Notes under the pieces: generated by a model
What the model saw: the letters and a program-made list of their open reading frames with translations, nothing else
What the model was told of the DNA's origin: nothing
Databases searched by the model: none
Translations under genes and position numbers: made by a program
Part shown: one piece after another, positions 39,966 to 52,045 of the stretch
Layout: each line of letters begins with the position of its first letter
Numbering within the stretch: position 1 is the first letter of the stretch
Assembly (NCBI RefSeq): GCF_009914755.1
Contig: NC_060936.1
Source of the DNA: the human T2T-CHM13v2.0 reference genome, Homo sapiens
DNA length: 64,000 nucleotides
Direction: 5' to 3' (one strand)

Positions 39966-40695
39966 AGGTTGGGAGGTAGAGGAGAGAGAAAATGCAGAAA
40001 GGGGATGGGTAAAGGAAATGTAATGAAAAGGTAAAGACCCCGAAGCAGATGGGGTATGGCACTCTGGAAAAAATAAAGGCCGGTGGCTTAGGAGGATTGA
40101 AAGCCAGATGGGAGTAGCTGAGATGAGGCTGGAGCTATCAGAGAACCAGATCCTGGGGCAGTTTGTAGGCCAGTTAGTTGAGGATTTTGGATTCCAAGAG
40201 CATCCAATAATTTGACCAATCATCCTTTCAACTGGAAATCCCTTGCAGAAACGTGAACATTACATTATTTATCTTTAAAGGAACACACTCTACTTGATAA
40301 GGAGGTGAACAGAGAAACCTTAGCAGTAAAATATCTTGGGCTTGTCTGTAAATGATGCCCTTCCCCAGGTGTCTCCATCTGTATTCTTAATCTCTGTCCC
40401 TGCAGGCCATCATTGCTGTCAAATATCAAACTACCCTCATAGAACTGATTAACTGATTTTCTTGTCAAATGATTACATTCAGATAATTATATTATGGCTT
40501 TTAGGGACATATGATCAATTTTTATAATACATCCAGAAGATTCTTGAAGACACTAAAATTTAATCCTTGTTCAATTCTATTGTCCACTATTTTTTGGTTT
40601 AGGGCTATAAAATATGCTATCTTCTTGATTTATCTTACATTTTTCAAGTTTTTTCTTCCTTTTCATTAGCTTTAAAATTAATTAATTCAAAAAAA

Positions 40696-40987
40696 TTTTT
40701 GAGGGAAGGTCTCATGTCACTCTGTTGCCCAGACTAGAGTACAGTGGCATAATCTCAGCTTACTGCAACCTCTGCCTCCCAGGCTCAAGCTATCCTCCCG
40801 CCTCAGTCCCCTGAATAGCTGGGACCTTACGCATGCACCACCATGCCTGGCTAATTATTGTATTTTTTGTAGAGTTGGGGTTTCACCATGTTGCCCACGC
40901 TGGTCTCGAACTCTCTGGCTCAAGCAACCCACCAACCTCAGCCTCCCAAAGTGCTTGGATTACAGGCATGAGTAACAGTGCTTGGCT
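40696..40987 (-). mobile_element. AluJ-type SINE
   Basis: full dimer; TSD agctttaaaattaa on both sides. Confidence 0.92.
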
Positions 40988-41074
40988 AGCTTTAAAATTA
41001 ACTCTTAATAACCCCTGAAAGACATTATTGTTTTCAACAATGATGAAAAAAACTGATAAAATAGGTTGATCATG

Positions 41075-41330
41075 AATCTTGGAATCTTCAGCCCTGAGTT
41101 TGAATTCTAACTCTGCTGTGTGACCCTGGGCACACAGAGCAGTTGCAAAATAAAGTAAGAAGTTCAGTGCCTCTTTAGAAATCTTGCCCCTGGGAACAGT
41201 GGGTTGGCTCTTATGTATCCTGCAGAGGAGATGTTTCCCACACTGTTTCCCAAATTGCAAAAATAATTACAGTAGTACTTATATTTCATTGTAGTAAGGA
41301 ATACCTAAGATAATGTTTATGAATACATCT
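41075..41330 (+). mobile_element. MIR interrupted by a 111-bp non-MIR insert
   Basis: ccctgagtttgaattctaactctgctgtgtgaccctgggca | insert | ttccc...gcaaaaat...tagtactt...agataatgtttatgaa. Confidence 0.7.
41136..41246 (+). repeat. 111-bp dispersed direct repeat, copy 1
   Basis: 105/111 identical to 43072-43182 by hand alignment. Confidence 0.95.
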
Positions 41331-41346
41331 ATCTCTAGTGACTAGT

Positions 41347-41491
41347 AAGAGGGAAAGAAGGAAAAAAGAGAGGAATGGAGGGAGGGAGGGAGGAAGGGAG
41401 GGGGGATGGAGGGAGGGAGGAAGGGAGGGGGGATGGAGGGAGGAAGGAAGGAAGGAAGGAAGAAAGGAAGGAAGGAAGGAAAGAAAGAAAG
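41347..41491. repeat. polypurine (GGGA/GGAA/GAAA)n tract
   Basis: includes (GGAA)5 GAAA (GGAA)4 and a duplicated 27-bp gatggagggagggaggaagggaggggg unit. Confidence 0.92.
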
Positions 41492-43071
41492 ATTTGTAGA
41501 GAGGAATTAATTATATCATGACAAAAGTTGCAGATGGTACCATGACTGAAATGATCTATTTAGAAATCATTCATAGGTTTCTCCTAATTACATCTTTTGA
41601 AATTATGGGGAAAGGTACATTTTAAAAATATATTTGATGTTATGACTTTCTCTCATTCTATTTTGATACTCTTGAGGAACAGGCACTCTATGTAACTCCT
41701 ATCAGGGCTTAGTCTTTGGAATTTACGGCTCTGTTGATTAAAAAAAATAGTAACTTTAAGAAGTCTCCTTTTGGGAGTCATCTATAACTTTTCTGATGCA
41801 TTTTTGTGACACGTGTAGCCAAGTTGCTTCTTTACATTTGTCATCTTCCAGAACTAAACTCACATTGTGATACTGGTGTCTCGCACATGACGTCAAGGGA
41901 AGTGATTATGAAGAATATTGGGTGGAAGAAGGGAAATTGAGACAGTTTAAATGTCATTCACTAGTTCATTTATTCATTCACCAAACATGCATTGGGCATC
42001 ATCCTCAGTGGTACCAGAAAGTTTATTTTATAAAGTACACTTGGTTCCTGGCCAAAGACTTTGTAATGTTGACTAGAATAGAAGGTTACATTAGTAGCCC
42101 TGGTAATACAACAAGGGAGCCTGAAGTGAAAGTTTAAATGCTGCATTTTCAGGGATTGAACATTCAAGGGTAATAAGCTGAATTGACTAAGATTGTTCTT
42201 TTGAAATGATAGCATTGACTTCTAGGTTTCTGAGTTTCCTGTTTAAAATTTATGAACAGTATTGGTTGAACTCAAGAAAGTTCTTTTAAGATCAATGAAA
42301 TCCAGTGGCTCCTCTGCTCTGAGGCTGCGGATGTAGGAATGCTAAGATAAGGTGTTACCTGACAGTGACAATAACAACAATAGACAAGTAGTCACTTCCA
42401 CAGCCTTGAGTTGTGTCCAGGGTGTCTGACTGTGCAGAATTTCAATAGTGTTTTCCTCCTAAGCCAGAAGCTTGGGATAAAATGGCCCCAAACCCAGCAT
42501 GTAGGATCTCAGGAGCCACATTTTTCCTTTTTTCTCCACTAATGGTACTATGTGGTGCGGATAAGAGTGTTGTGTGTTGTGTGTGGTTCCATTAAACCTT
42601 CTTCCACACTTCTCTTGATGATTTGAACACATCCAGGGAGGAATGGATATGTTTGAACACCTGTTTTGCTTTTTGAATCACTACTTTATGGTGCCCTGAG
42701 GGAGGAGGGATTAATACAGTGGAACTGCCTTCCTGATCTTTCCATTTAGGTAGGACGCTGAAATAGCACCTCTAATATGCATTCAGGAATACAAGTACAA
42801 ATAAAGCAAGTCCCTTCTCTCAAGGAGACTAGTGGGGGAAAACAGACAATATAGTATATGATTAAGTATAATAAAGTATTGTGTACAGGAGGGTAAGGGA
42901 ATAAGAATAGATGCTGAGTGAGCCAAAGGACGAAGACATGAATTCCGTTTAAAGAAGGGACAGGGAGTTAGAAACAACTTTCAAAAGGGTTGAAATATCT
43001 ATTACAGGATTCCCGCCAAATAAACAGGCTATGTAAGGTATTTAATCCTTCCATTCCAGGTTGGGAGAGAG

Positions 43072-43182
43072 AGAGCAGTTGCAAAATAAAGTAAGAAGTT
43101 CAGTACCTCTTTAGAAATCTTACCACTGGGAACAGGGGGTTAGCTCTGATGTATCCTGCAGAGGAGATGTTTCCCACACTGT
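43072..43182 (+). repeat. 111-bp dispersed direct repeat, copy 2
   Basis: agagcagttgcaaaataaagtaagaag...gatgtttcccacactgt. Confidence 0.95.
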
Positions 43183-44689
43183 ACTTATCTATGAAGTCAG
43201 TGCACCTCTGGAGAAGATCTGAGGTTCAGAGCTGACCATAATGTAAAGGGAAGAGAAAGCTAGACACCTGATTTGAGAGACCCTCCAAAAGACCCTTCAG
43301 CCTGTATGTTAGTGTTTATTGGTGCCACTTGCCAGTGCTTTAGAATTATTCTTTCTTTCCCTTTAAAAGCCATTATTCTTTTCTTTCATTCCTGCAATAA
43401 CTGGGTCATCTGTTAATAAATACAATTTTTTTGAAGCTGTTAATATTTCAGTTAACATTTGGCTGCAAGGGTAATGAAGGAGGCATGGTTAGGGACAGAG
43501 AATAAATAGAACCCACAAACATCACTGTTCTAATAGAATGGAATTGATGTGTGTGTGATGTGTTCTTTCCTGGAGTAGCCCATCTATCAATCATATTCTG
43601 GAGACTAAGTACTGCAAAAAGAGTAGAAAGAGCAAGACGAAACTTGTGAATACCATTTTTAGACTTGAAATAGTACTAACATAAAGGCAAGTTATTTTAT
43701 TTTTAAGTTAACTTACAGGGGATTTAGAAGGCACCACTCAAAACTATGTAAGGAGCAGCAGGGTTTAAAAAAAGTGGTCCATAAATTCAATCTTGAAAGA
43801 AAGACTAAGGGGGCCTGAAATCCCTTTTCAAGAATGTCAGAATTTCTAAAAGATCTTGAATTAAACCAGGGGTGCCAATTCAAGTATGGTTGTCTGCAAT
43901 CACTTGTTTTAATATTTAAAATGTATAACCCTCGTTTATTTTTACCTAACCTCATCAATCTGAAGCACAGAAATATTTGTACCTCCTATTTAAAATTTTG
44001 CAAAGATTATGTTGTCTATTTCCGTATTGAAAAAGAATGTGTCTGTGTGTATGAGATATTAATGCTAAAACAGAGTGCTAACAAAATGCCCTCTGTAATA
44101 TCTGAATCAGTGTACCACGACAGAATTGCTTAGCTCTATAATTTTTGGACTATATGCTTCATAGTCTTTTCTTTATTCTTAAGCTCTCTCTTCAAAGTCA
44201 GCCAAGGAGACGATGAAAAATTATTTCCTAAATCACAAGATCACTTTAAAAATATCTTTTCCATATACAGTGCCATCCTTTATTCACCATGCAATATTCA
44301 ATTCTGCCTCTGCTGGCCTAGGACTTCCTTAGACATTTATTGGAAATCTGCCCGAAAGAAAAGACATAAAGACTTTAACCTTGATCCACTGACAGTAAAG
44401 TCATTAACCAGCTTCTCCAAAATGAAGACTTTGTCTTTGTTTTCCCCCTTTATGCATTCTTTAGAGTCTCCTTTTACTTATTTAATTTTTTTTGACACAA
44501 CTCTGTTCTTTCCCTGATCATTAATTTGGGAGACTTAGCTTTTATGGGGGGAAAAATAAAATAAATTCTAAATATTGAGCATTTACTATGTGCTAGGCAT
44601 TGCGCTAAGGGCTGGGGCTATAAAAATGGACAAGTCCTTATTCTTCCCTCTTTTCATCCCCACTTCCATCTAATCCCTGAATGAGGCCT

Positions 44690-45455
44690 GTTTAGTGTAA
44701 CTCTAAAATATTTCAACTCTCTATCTGCTTTTCTCCATTTTCCTCTGCTGCCAACATCACCTTTTGCCTGGTGCACTGTAACCATGCCACAACTGCTTTC
44801 CTGTTTTTATTCTTGTCCGCTTCCAACTAATTTTCCTTCCAAAACTCAAGTGATCCTTTAACATATAAATCAAATCATGTCACACTTGTGTGAAACTTCC
44901 TTCAATGGCTTGCTATTTTGGAATAAAATCCAGGCACTTGGCCCCTGCAGGATCCTGTAGGATCTGGTTCTTGTTCCTTCTCCAACCTCTTCCCCACTCC
45001 CTGCATCACTGCAGCTGCACTTCTCTTCCTTCAGCTGCTATTTCACTTCACAGACAAGTTTCTGTAGAAAGTTCTTCCACTCAGGCGTTACTCATACACA
45101 GGGCTCCTTCTCATCCTTTGGTCTCAACTTAAATGTCCCTCTTCAGAGAGGACTTCTCAGACTGACCATTTAAAGTTGCTCCTCTCTTGTTTGTTATTGT
45201 TTCTGATCTTCTTCATAACATGAATCCAATTTAGAGTGATTATATCAGTTTACTTGTATATTGTTGGTCTTTAATACTAGAATATAGGTTTTATGAGGGC
45301 ATATATTCTTTCTTATTTATTTCTGTTACAACCAGTGCCTATTTATTTATTATTTATTTATTTATTTATTTTCTCAGTCTGCTTGCTAGGGAAACAACCA
45401 GTGCTTAGAAGAGTACTAGTACCATAGTAAGTGGTCAAAAACATTTGTTGAAGGA
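44690..45455 (+). mobile_element. L2 3' fragment
   Basis: aaatcaaatcatgtcaca...aaacttccttcaatggctt...gaataaaatcca...ctagaatataggttttatgagggca...aacatttgttgaa. Confidence 0.8.
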
Positions 45456-46197
45456 ATAGATAGAGACGTCTTCAGTGCCCTGAAGACACAGTCTTCCATA
45501 AAATGGAAGTGCTGAAGATAAGCCCAGAAGGTTGGAAAGCCATAGGAGTATGCAGCCAGGTTCTATTGTTTAAAAACTTTTTATTAAATGAAGAAAACAT
45601 TCCATCTTGAATACATTTCTGTGGAGCTTTAGCATTTTTAAATAAATATTCAAATATAATATCTCATTTTATCTATATAACAATCAAAATATTTTGTTAT
45701 TTTTATTGTTCTACCTCATGTAGTTGAGTGATAATTCACCTTATAGACCATTCCTGAGGTGATTGTAACACGTGGGAGAATTGAGCCTATCATGGGAATG
45801 AACACACAAGCAGTGGGTCAGTGTGAATCACCACAGAAAGCTGAGGCTGCATTTCAAACTCCAGCAACACCACAAGCTCCTGAAATGAAGACTCCCAAGT
45901 TTCCTGATTGTCTAACTGGTTAGAGTCAAAGGTAAGCACAGAATTCGAGAGATATGCAAAATCCAGATGACAGGTATCAGGCATGTTGTAAGTAAGGCCA
46001 TATTTGGTAAAGAGTGAGGTGGGCTTATGCCATATAAATAAAGCTCAGGCAACATCAATAATCAGAGGAGGAATTCATACAGAAAGGAAAATAGTTTCAT
46101 AAGACAACGCAATGAGGATGCCGCTCAATGTGACATTCTTCATCTGTGCATTCAGACAATAAATATGAATGATTTATTGCCTAACCATATATTATAT

Positions 46198-46648
46198 TGA
46201 GAGCTGAGACCAGCTGGACTTCCTGGGTCGAGTGGGGACTTGGGGAACATTCCTGTCTTACAAGAGGATTGTAAAATGCACCAATCAATGCTCTGTAAAA
46301 CGCACCATCCAGCACTCTGTAAAACGCACCAATCAGCAGGATTCTAAAAGTAGCCAATTGTGGGGAGGATTGAAAAAGGGGCATTCTGATAGGACAGAAA
46401 TGGAACACGAGAGGGGACAATAAGGGAATAAAAGCTGGCCATCCCAGCCAGCAGTGGCAACCCGCTCAGGTCCCTTTCCATGCTGTGGAAGCTTTGTCCT
46501 TTTGCTCTTCACAATAAACCTTGCTACTGCTCACTCTTTTTGTCCGTGCCATCTTTAAGAGCTGTAACACTCACTGCAAAGGTCCGTGGCTTCATTCTTG
46601 AAGTCAGCAAGACCACGAAACCACCAGCAGGAACCAACTCCAGACACA
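46198..46648 (+). mobile_element. 5' LTR (LTR12/LTR12F-like)
   Basis: tgagagctgagaccagctggacttcctggg...actccagacaca; three 24-bp CCAAT-type repeats from 46270; AATAAA 46427 (TATA position) and 46513 (polyA). Confidence 0.92.
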
Positions 46649-46651
46649 TCT

Positions 46652-46669
46652 TGGGGGCTCCTCTGGGAT
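46652..46669 (+). promoter_or_regulatory. primer-binding site, tRNA-Pro type
   Basis: TGGGGGCTCCTCTGGGAT is 16/18 to canonical PBS-Pro TGGGGGCTCGTCCGGGAT, 3 nt after the LTR. Confidence 0.88.
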
Positions 46670-46677
46670 CTCACCAC

Positions 46678-46687
46678 ACGGTGAGTA
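46678..46687 (+). promoter_or_regulatory. proviral major splice donor
   Basis: acg|GTGAGTA just downstream of the PBS. Confidence 0.7.
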
Positions 46688-47801
46688 CCATTGGACCCCT
46701 TTCACTGCTATTCTATCCTATTTTTCCTTAGAATTTGGGGGCTAAACAGCAGGCACCTGTCAGCCAGTTAAAAGTGACTAGTGCAGCCACTAGACTAAAG
46801 ACATGGGTGTCAGGCTTTCTGGGAAAGGGCTCTCTAACAACCCCCAACTCTTCGGAGTTGGGAGCGTTGGTTTGCCTGGAACCAGCTTCCGCTTTTCCTG
46901 CACTTCCAGGCTGAGCCAAGGGTCAACAGAGAGGAGAGCCATTCAGCTCCAGGGTCCCAACAAAAAGTTGGTTGACCCTGCAGCCATGAGCAGAGCTCTC
47001 AAAGTTACGTTGCCTAAGCAAGACTTGCCCATCTATCCTATCTATCCTGATCCTTGCATCCTGGGTCCTAACACCTGTCAGACAAACTTCCTCCTACCCC
47101 TCTTCTCCAAGGATAGTCCTGCTTCTAAAAACCACTTCCTGTCCCTGGTGCTCTTCTAGTTTCTCCTGTAAGGGTGATTTCTAATACAAGTTTTGGCACT
47201 CTGTTCCCTTCCTTAGGCACCCAGGCTCACCAATCAGAAAGAGCCAAATTCTTCAATGGGAAAAAGGCACCCTGGGGCACATAAATTTTGCCCAAACCCC
47301 CGTCGTTGGGGGGACCATCTGGAATTTTAGGATCCCTCCTCAGACTAGCAGGCCTAACAAAGGCTATTCCTGAAGCTAGGACAGGGGGAGTCTCAGAAAT
47401 TTTAGACTCCAAAATTGGGGGGATATCCTTCCTATTCATATGATGAGAAGTGAAGACAAAAGGCTTCACTCTTCCAACCCTGGAGATCCCGTCCCTCCCT
47501 CAGGGTATGGCCCTCCATTCCATTTTGAGGCATATCGTCTTTATAGGACAAGGGTAAGGTCTCAATACCAACAGGAGTTAGGGCTCTAACAGGTTTTCGA
47601 GAATGCATTGGTAAGGGCCACTAAATCCAAGCTTTCTCGGTCCTCTTTGTGGCCTAGGAGGAAAACAAGTGTTTCCACTGTTGCTTCAGTGAGCACAACT
47701 ATTCAGAACAGCAGGGTCCAGGGACTGTCGTAGGTTCTTGGGTGGGGTGGGCAGTGGGGGTGTGGAAACAGACCAAAACTGTGGGCGTTTTTTTCTTTCA
47801 G

Positions 47802-49273
47802 ATGGGAAACACTCAGGCATCAACGAGCTCACCCTTGAAATGCATCCTAAGCCATTGGGACTGATTTGACCCACAAACCCTGAAAAAGAAGCAGCTTATT
47901 TTTTTCTGCACTATGGCCTGACCCCAATATTCTCTCTCTGATGGGGAAAAATGGCCACCTAAGGGAAGTATAAATTACAATACTATCCTGCAGCTTGACC
48001 TTTTCTGTAAGAAGGAAGGTAAATGGAGTGAAATACCTTATGTCAAAGCTTTCTTTTCATTGAAGGATAATCCACAACTATGCAAAGCTTGCAATCTACA
48101 TTCCATAGGAGGACCTCTCAGCTTACCCCCATATCCTAGCCTCCCTACAGCTCCCCTTCCTATTAATGATAAGCCTCCTCTAACTCCCCCACCCAGAAGG
48201 AAACAAGAAAAGAAATCTCCAAGGGACCACAAACCACCGCCCCCCCCACCCCTGGGCTATTGGTTATGTCCTCTTCAAGCTGTAGGGGGAGGGGAATTTG
48301 GCCCAAGCCAGGCACATGTTCCCTTCTCCCTCTCTGATTTAAAGCAGATCAAAGTAGACCTGGGGAAGTTTTCATTTGATCCTGATAGGTATATAGACGT
48401 CCTACAGGGTCTAAGGCAAACCTTCAACCTCACTTGGAGAGATGTCAAGCTTTTGTTAGATGAAACCCTGGCCTTTAGTGAAAAGAATGCGCTTTAGCTG
48501 CAGCCTGAGAGTTTGGATATACCTGGTATCTTAGTCAAGTAAATGATAGAATGACAGTCGAAGAAAGGGACAAATTCCCTACTGGTCAGCAAGCCATCCC
48601 CAGTGTGGATCCCCACTAAGACCTAGACTCAGATCATGGGGACTGGAGTCACAAACATCTGTTGACCTGTGTTCTAGAAGGACTAAGGAGAATTAGGAAA
48701 ATGCCCATGAATTATTCAATAATGTCCACTGTAACTCAGGGAAAGGAAGAAAATCCTACCACCTTCCTCAAGCAACTATGGGAGGCCTTAAGAAAATACA
48801 CTGCCCTGTCACCTGCCTCCTTTGAGGGTCAATTGATCCTAAAAGATAAGTTTGTTACCCAGTCTGCTGCAGATATCAGGGGAAAGCTCCAAAAGCTAGC
48901 CCTGGGCCTTGAACAAAATTTGGAGGCATTATTAAACCTGGCAACCTCAGTTTTCTATAATAGGGACAAAGAGGAACAGGCCAAAAAGGAAAAGCAAGAT
49001 AAGAGAAAGGCCGCAGCCTTAGCCATGGCTCTCAGACAAACAAACCTTGGTGATTCAGAGAGGACAGAAAACGGAGCAGGCCAATCACCCAGTAGGGCTT
49101 GTTATCAGTATGGTTTGCAAGGACACTTTTAAAAAGATTGTCCAATGAGAAACAAGCCATCCCCTCACCCATGTCCAGTATGCCAAGGCAATCACTGGAA
49201 AGCACATTGCTCCAGAGGACAAAGGTTCTCTGGGCCAGAAGCCTCCAACCAGATGATCCAACAACAGGACTGA
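47802..49273 (+). pseudogene. gag: ERV gag pseudogene
   Basis: MGNTQAS start; [12 protein letters not shown]; MHR-like TQGKEENP; two CCHC knuckles (CYQyGLQGHF*KDC, CPVCQGNHWKAHC); ends QQD*; nonsense codons and a frameshift near 48492. Confidence 0.92.
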
Positions 49274-52045
49274 GGGTACCCAGGGTAAGCGCTAGCTCAT
49301 ATCATCACCCTTACTGAGCCCCAGGTAAGTTTAACCATTGAGAGCCAGGAAATTGACTTCCTCCTAGACACTGGTGTGATCTTCTCAGTGTTAATCTCCT
49401 GCCCCAGACGGCTGTCCCCAAGGTCTGTTACTATCCAAGGAATCCTGGGACAGCCTGTAACCAGGTATTTCTCCCACCTCCTCAGTTGTAATTGGGAGAG
49501 TTTGCTCTTTTCACATGCCTTTCTTGTTATGCCTGAAAGTCCCCCGTCCTTATTTGGAAGGGACATACTAGCCAAAGCTGGAGCTATTATCAATATGAAT
49601 ATGGGGAGCAAGTTATCCATTTATTGTCCCCTACTTGAGGAGGGAATCAACCCTGAAGTCTGGGTATTGGAAGGACAATTGGGAAGGGCAAACAATGCCC
49701 ACCCAGTCCAAATCAGGCTAAAATACCTCACCACTTATCCTTATCAAAGGCAATATCCCTTAAGGCCTGAAGCTCATAAAGGATTACAGGATATTGTTAG
49801 ACAATTAAAAGTTCAAGGCTTAGTAAGAAAATGCAGCAGTCCCCGCAACACCCCAATTCTAGGAGTACAAAAACCAAACAGTCAGTGGAGACTAGAGCAA
49901 GATCTTAGACTCATCAGTGAGGCTGTAATTCCTCTATATCCAGTTGTACCCAACCCCTATATCCTGCTCTCTCAAATAACAGAGGAAGCAGAATGGTTCA
50001 CTGTTCTGGACCTCAAGGATGCCTTCTTCTGCATTCCCCTGCACTCTGACTCCCAGTTTCTCTTTGCCTTTGAGGATCCCACAGACCACACATCCCAGCT
50101 TACATGGACGGTCTTGCCTCAAGGGTTTGGGGATAGTCCTCATCTGTTTGGTCAGGCACTGGCCCAAGATCTAGGCCATTTCTCAAGTCCAAGCACTCTG
50201 GTCCTTCAGCATGTGGATGATTTACTTTTGGCTACCAGTTTGGAAGCCTCATGCCAGCAGGCTACTCTAGATCTTTTGAACTTTCTAGCTAATCAAGGGT
50301 ACAAGGTGTCTAAATCGAAGGCCCAGCTCTGCCTATAACAAGTCAAACATCCAGGCCTAATCTTAGCCAGAGGAACCAGGGCCCTCAGCAAAGAACGAAT
50401 ACAGCCTATACTGGCTTGTCCTTGCCCTAAGACATTAAAACAGTTTTGGGGGATCCTTGGGATCACCGGCTTTTGCTGACTATGGACCCCTGGATACAGT
50501 GAGATGGCCAGGCCACTCTATACTCTAATCAAGGAGACCAAGAGGGCAAATACTCATCTAGTAGAATGGGAACTAGAGGCAGAAAGATGCTTCAAAACCT
50601 TAAAGCAGGCCCTAGTACAAGATCCAGCCTTAAGCCTTCCCACAGGACAAAACTTCTATTTATACATCACAGAGAGAGTGGGAATAGCTCTTGGAGTCCT
50701 TACTCAGACTCAGGGGACAACCTCACAACCAGTGGCATACCTAAGTAAGGAAATCAGTGTAGCAGCAAAAGGCTGGCCTCACTGTTTGTGGGTAGTTGCG
50801 GCAGTGGCCATTTTAGTATCAGAGGCTATCAAAACAATACAAGGAAAGGATCTCACCATCTGGACTATTCATGATGTAAATGGCATACTAGGTGCCAAAG
50901 GAAATTTATGGCTATCAGACAACCACCTGCTTAGATACCAGGTGCTACTCCTTGAGGAACCGGTGCTTCAAATACACAGGTGTGACTTTTCTCCAGAGGA
51001 TGGGGAACCAATCAATCATGATTGCCAAGAAGTTGTAGCCCAGACTTATGCTGCCCAAAAGGATCTCTTAGATGTCCCCTTAGCTAATCCTGACCTTAAC
51101 CTATATACCAATGGAAGTTCATTTGTGGAGAATGGGATACGAAGGGCAGGTTATCCCATAGTTAGTGATGTAACAGTACTTGAAATTAAGCCTCTTCCCC
51201 CAGGGACCAGCACCCAGTTAGCAGAACTAGTGGCACTTACCTGTGCCTTAGAACTGGGAAAGGAAAAAAGAATAAATGTGTATACAGATAGCAAGAATGC
51301 TTATCTAATCCTACATGCCCATGCTGCAATATGGAAAGAAGGGGAGTGCCTAACCTCTGGGGGAACCCCCATTAAATACCACAAGGAAATTGTGGAGTTA
51401 TTGCACACAGTGCAAAAACCCAAGCAGGTGGCAGTCTTACACTTCCAAAGCCATCAAAAAGTTGAAGAAGAAAAGGCAGAAAGAAACCATCAGGCAGATG
51501 CTGAGGCCAAAATTGCTGCCAGGCAGAACCTCCCATTAGAAATACCTATGGAAGGACACTTGGTATGGAACAACCCTCTCCAAGAGATTAAGCCCCAGTA
51601 TTCCCCGACCGAAACAGAATGAGGACTTTCACGGGGGCATAGTTTTCTCTCCTTGGGGTGGTTAACGAAAGAAGAGGGAAAGGTACTCATACCCAAAGCC
51701 AGCCAGTAGAAAATACTTAAGACCCTCCATCAAACTTTTCATATGGGTATTGAGAACACTCATCAAATGGCCAAATCCCTATTTACCGGGCCAGATCTCC
51801 TCCAGACCATCTGACAAGTAGTCAAGGCCTGTGAGGTGTGCCAAAAGAATAATCCCTTTGTCCCTTTGGGGCCTTATGATGAACAAAGAATAGGGCACTA
51901 TCCCGGAGAAGACTGGCAGTTAGACTTCACCCATATGCCTAAGTCAAGGGCATTTCAATACTTGTTTGCCTATGTTGATACCTTTACAAATTGGATAGAA
52001 GCCTTCCTCTGCAAGACAGAGAAGGCTCAGGAAGTTGTTAAAGTC
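49274..52045 (+). pseudogene. pol: ERV pro-pol pseudogene (protease, RT, RNase H, truncated integrase)
   Basis: FLLDTG, LFGRD, LDLKDAFF, LPQGFGDSP, QHVDDLLL (YVDD altered), LYTNGSS/AELVAL/YTDS RNase H, HHCC finger, WQLDFT; in-frame stops. Confidence 0.95.

Noticed and set aside
46270-46340. 24-bp repeats as a CRISPR-like array
   Set aside because: Contiguous LTR U3 enhancer repeats with no spacers; eukaryotic context.
49376-51622. 320-aa and 372-aa pol ORFs as functional enzymes
   Set aside because: RT YVDD is HVDD and the ORF is truncated; RNase H catalytic D is N; flanked by stops.
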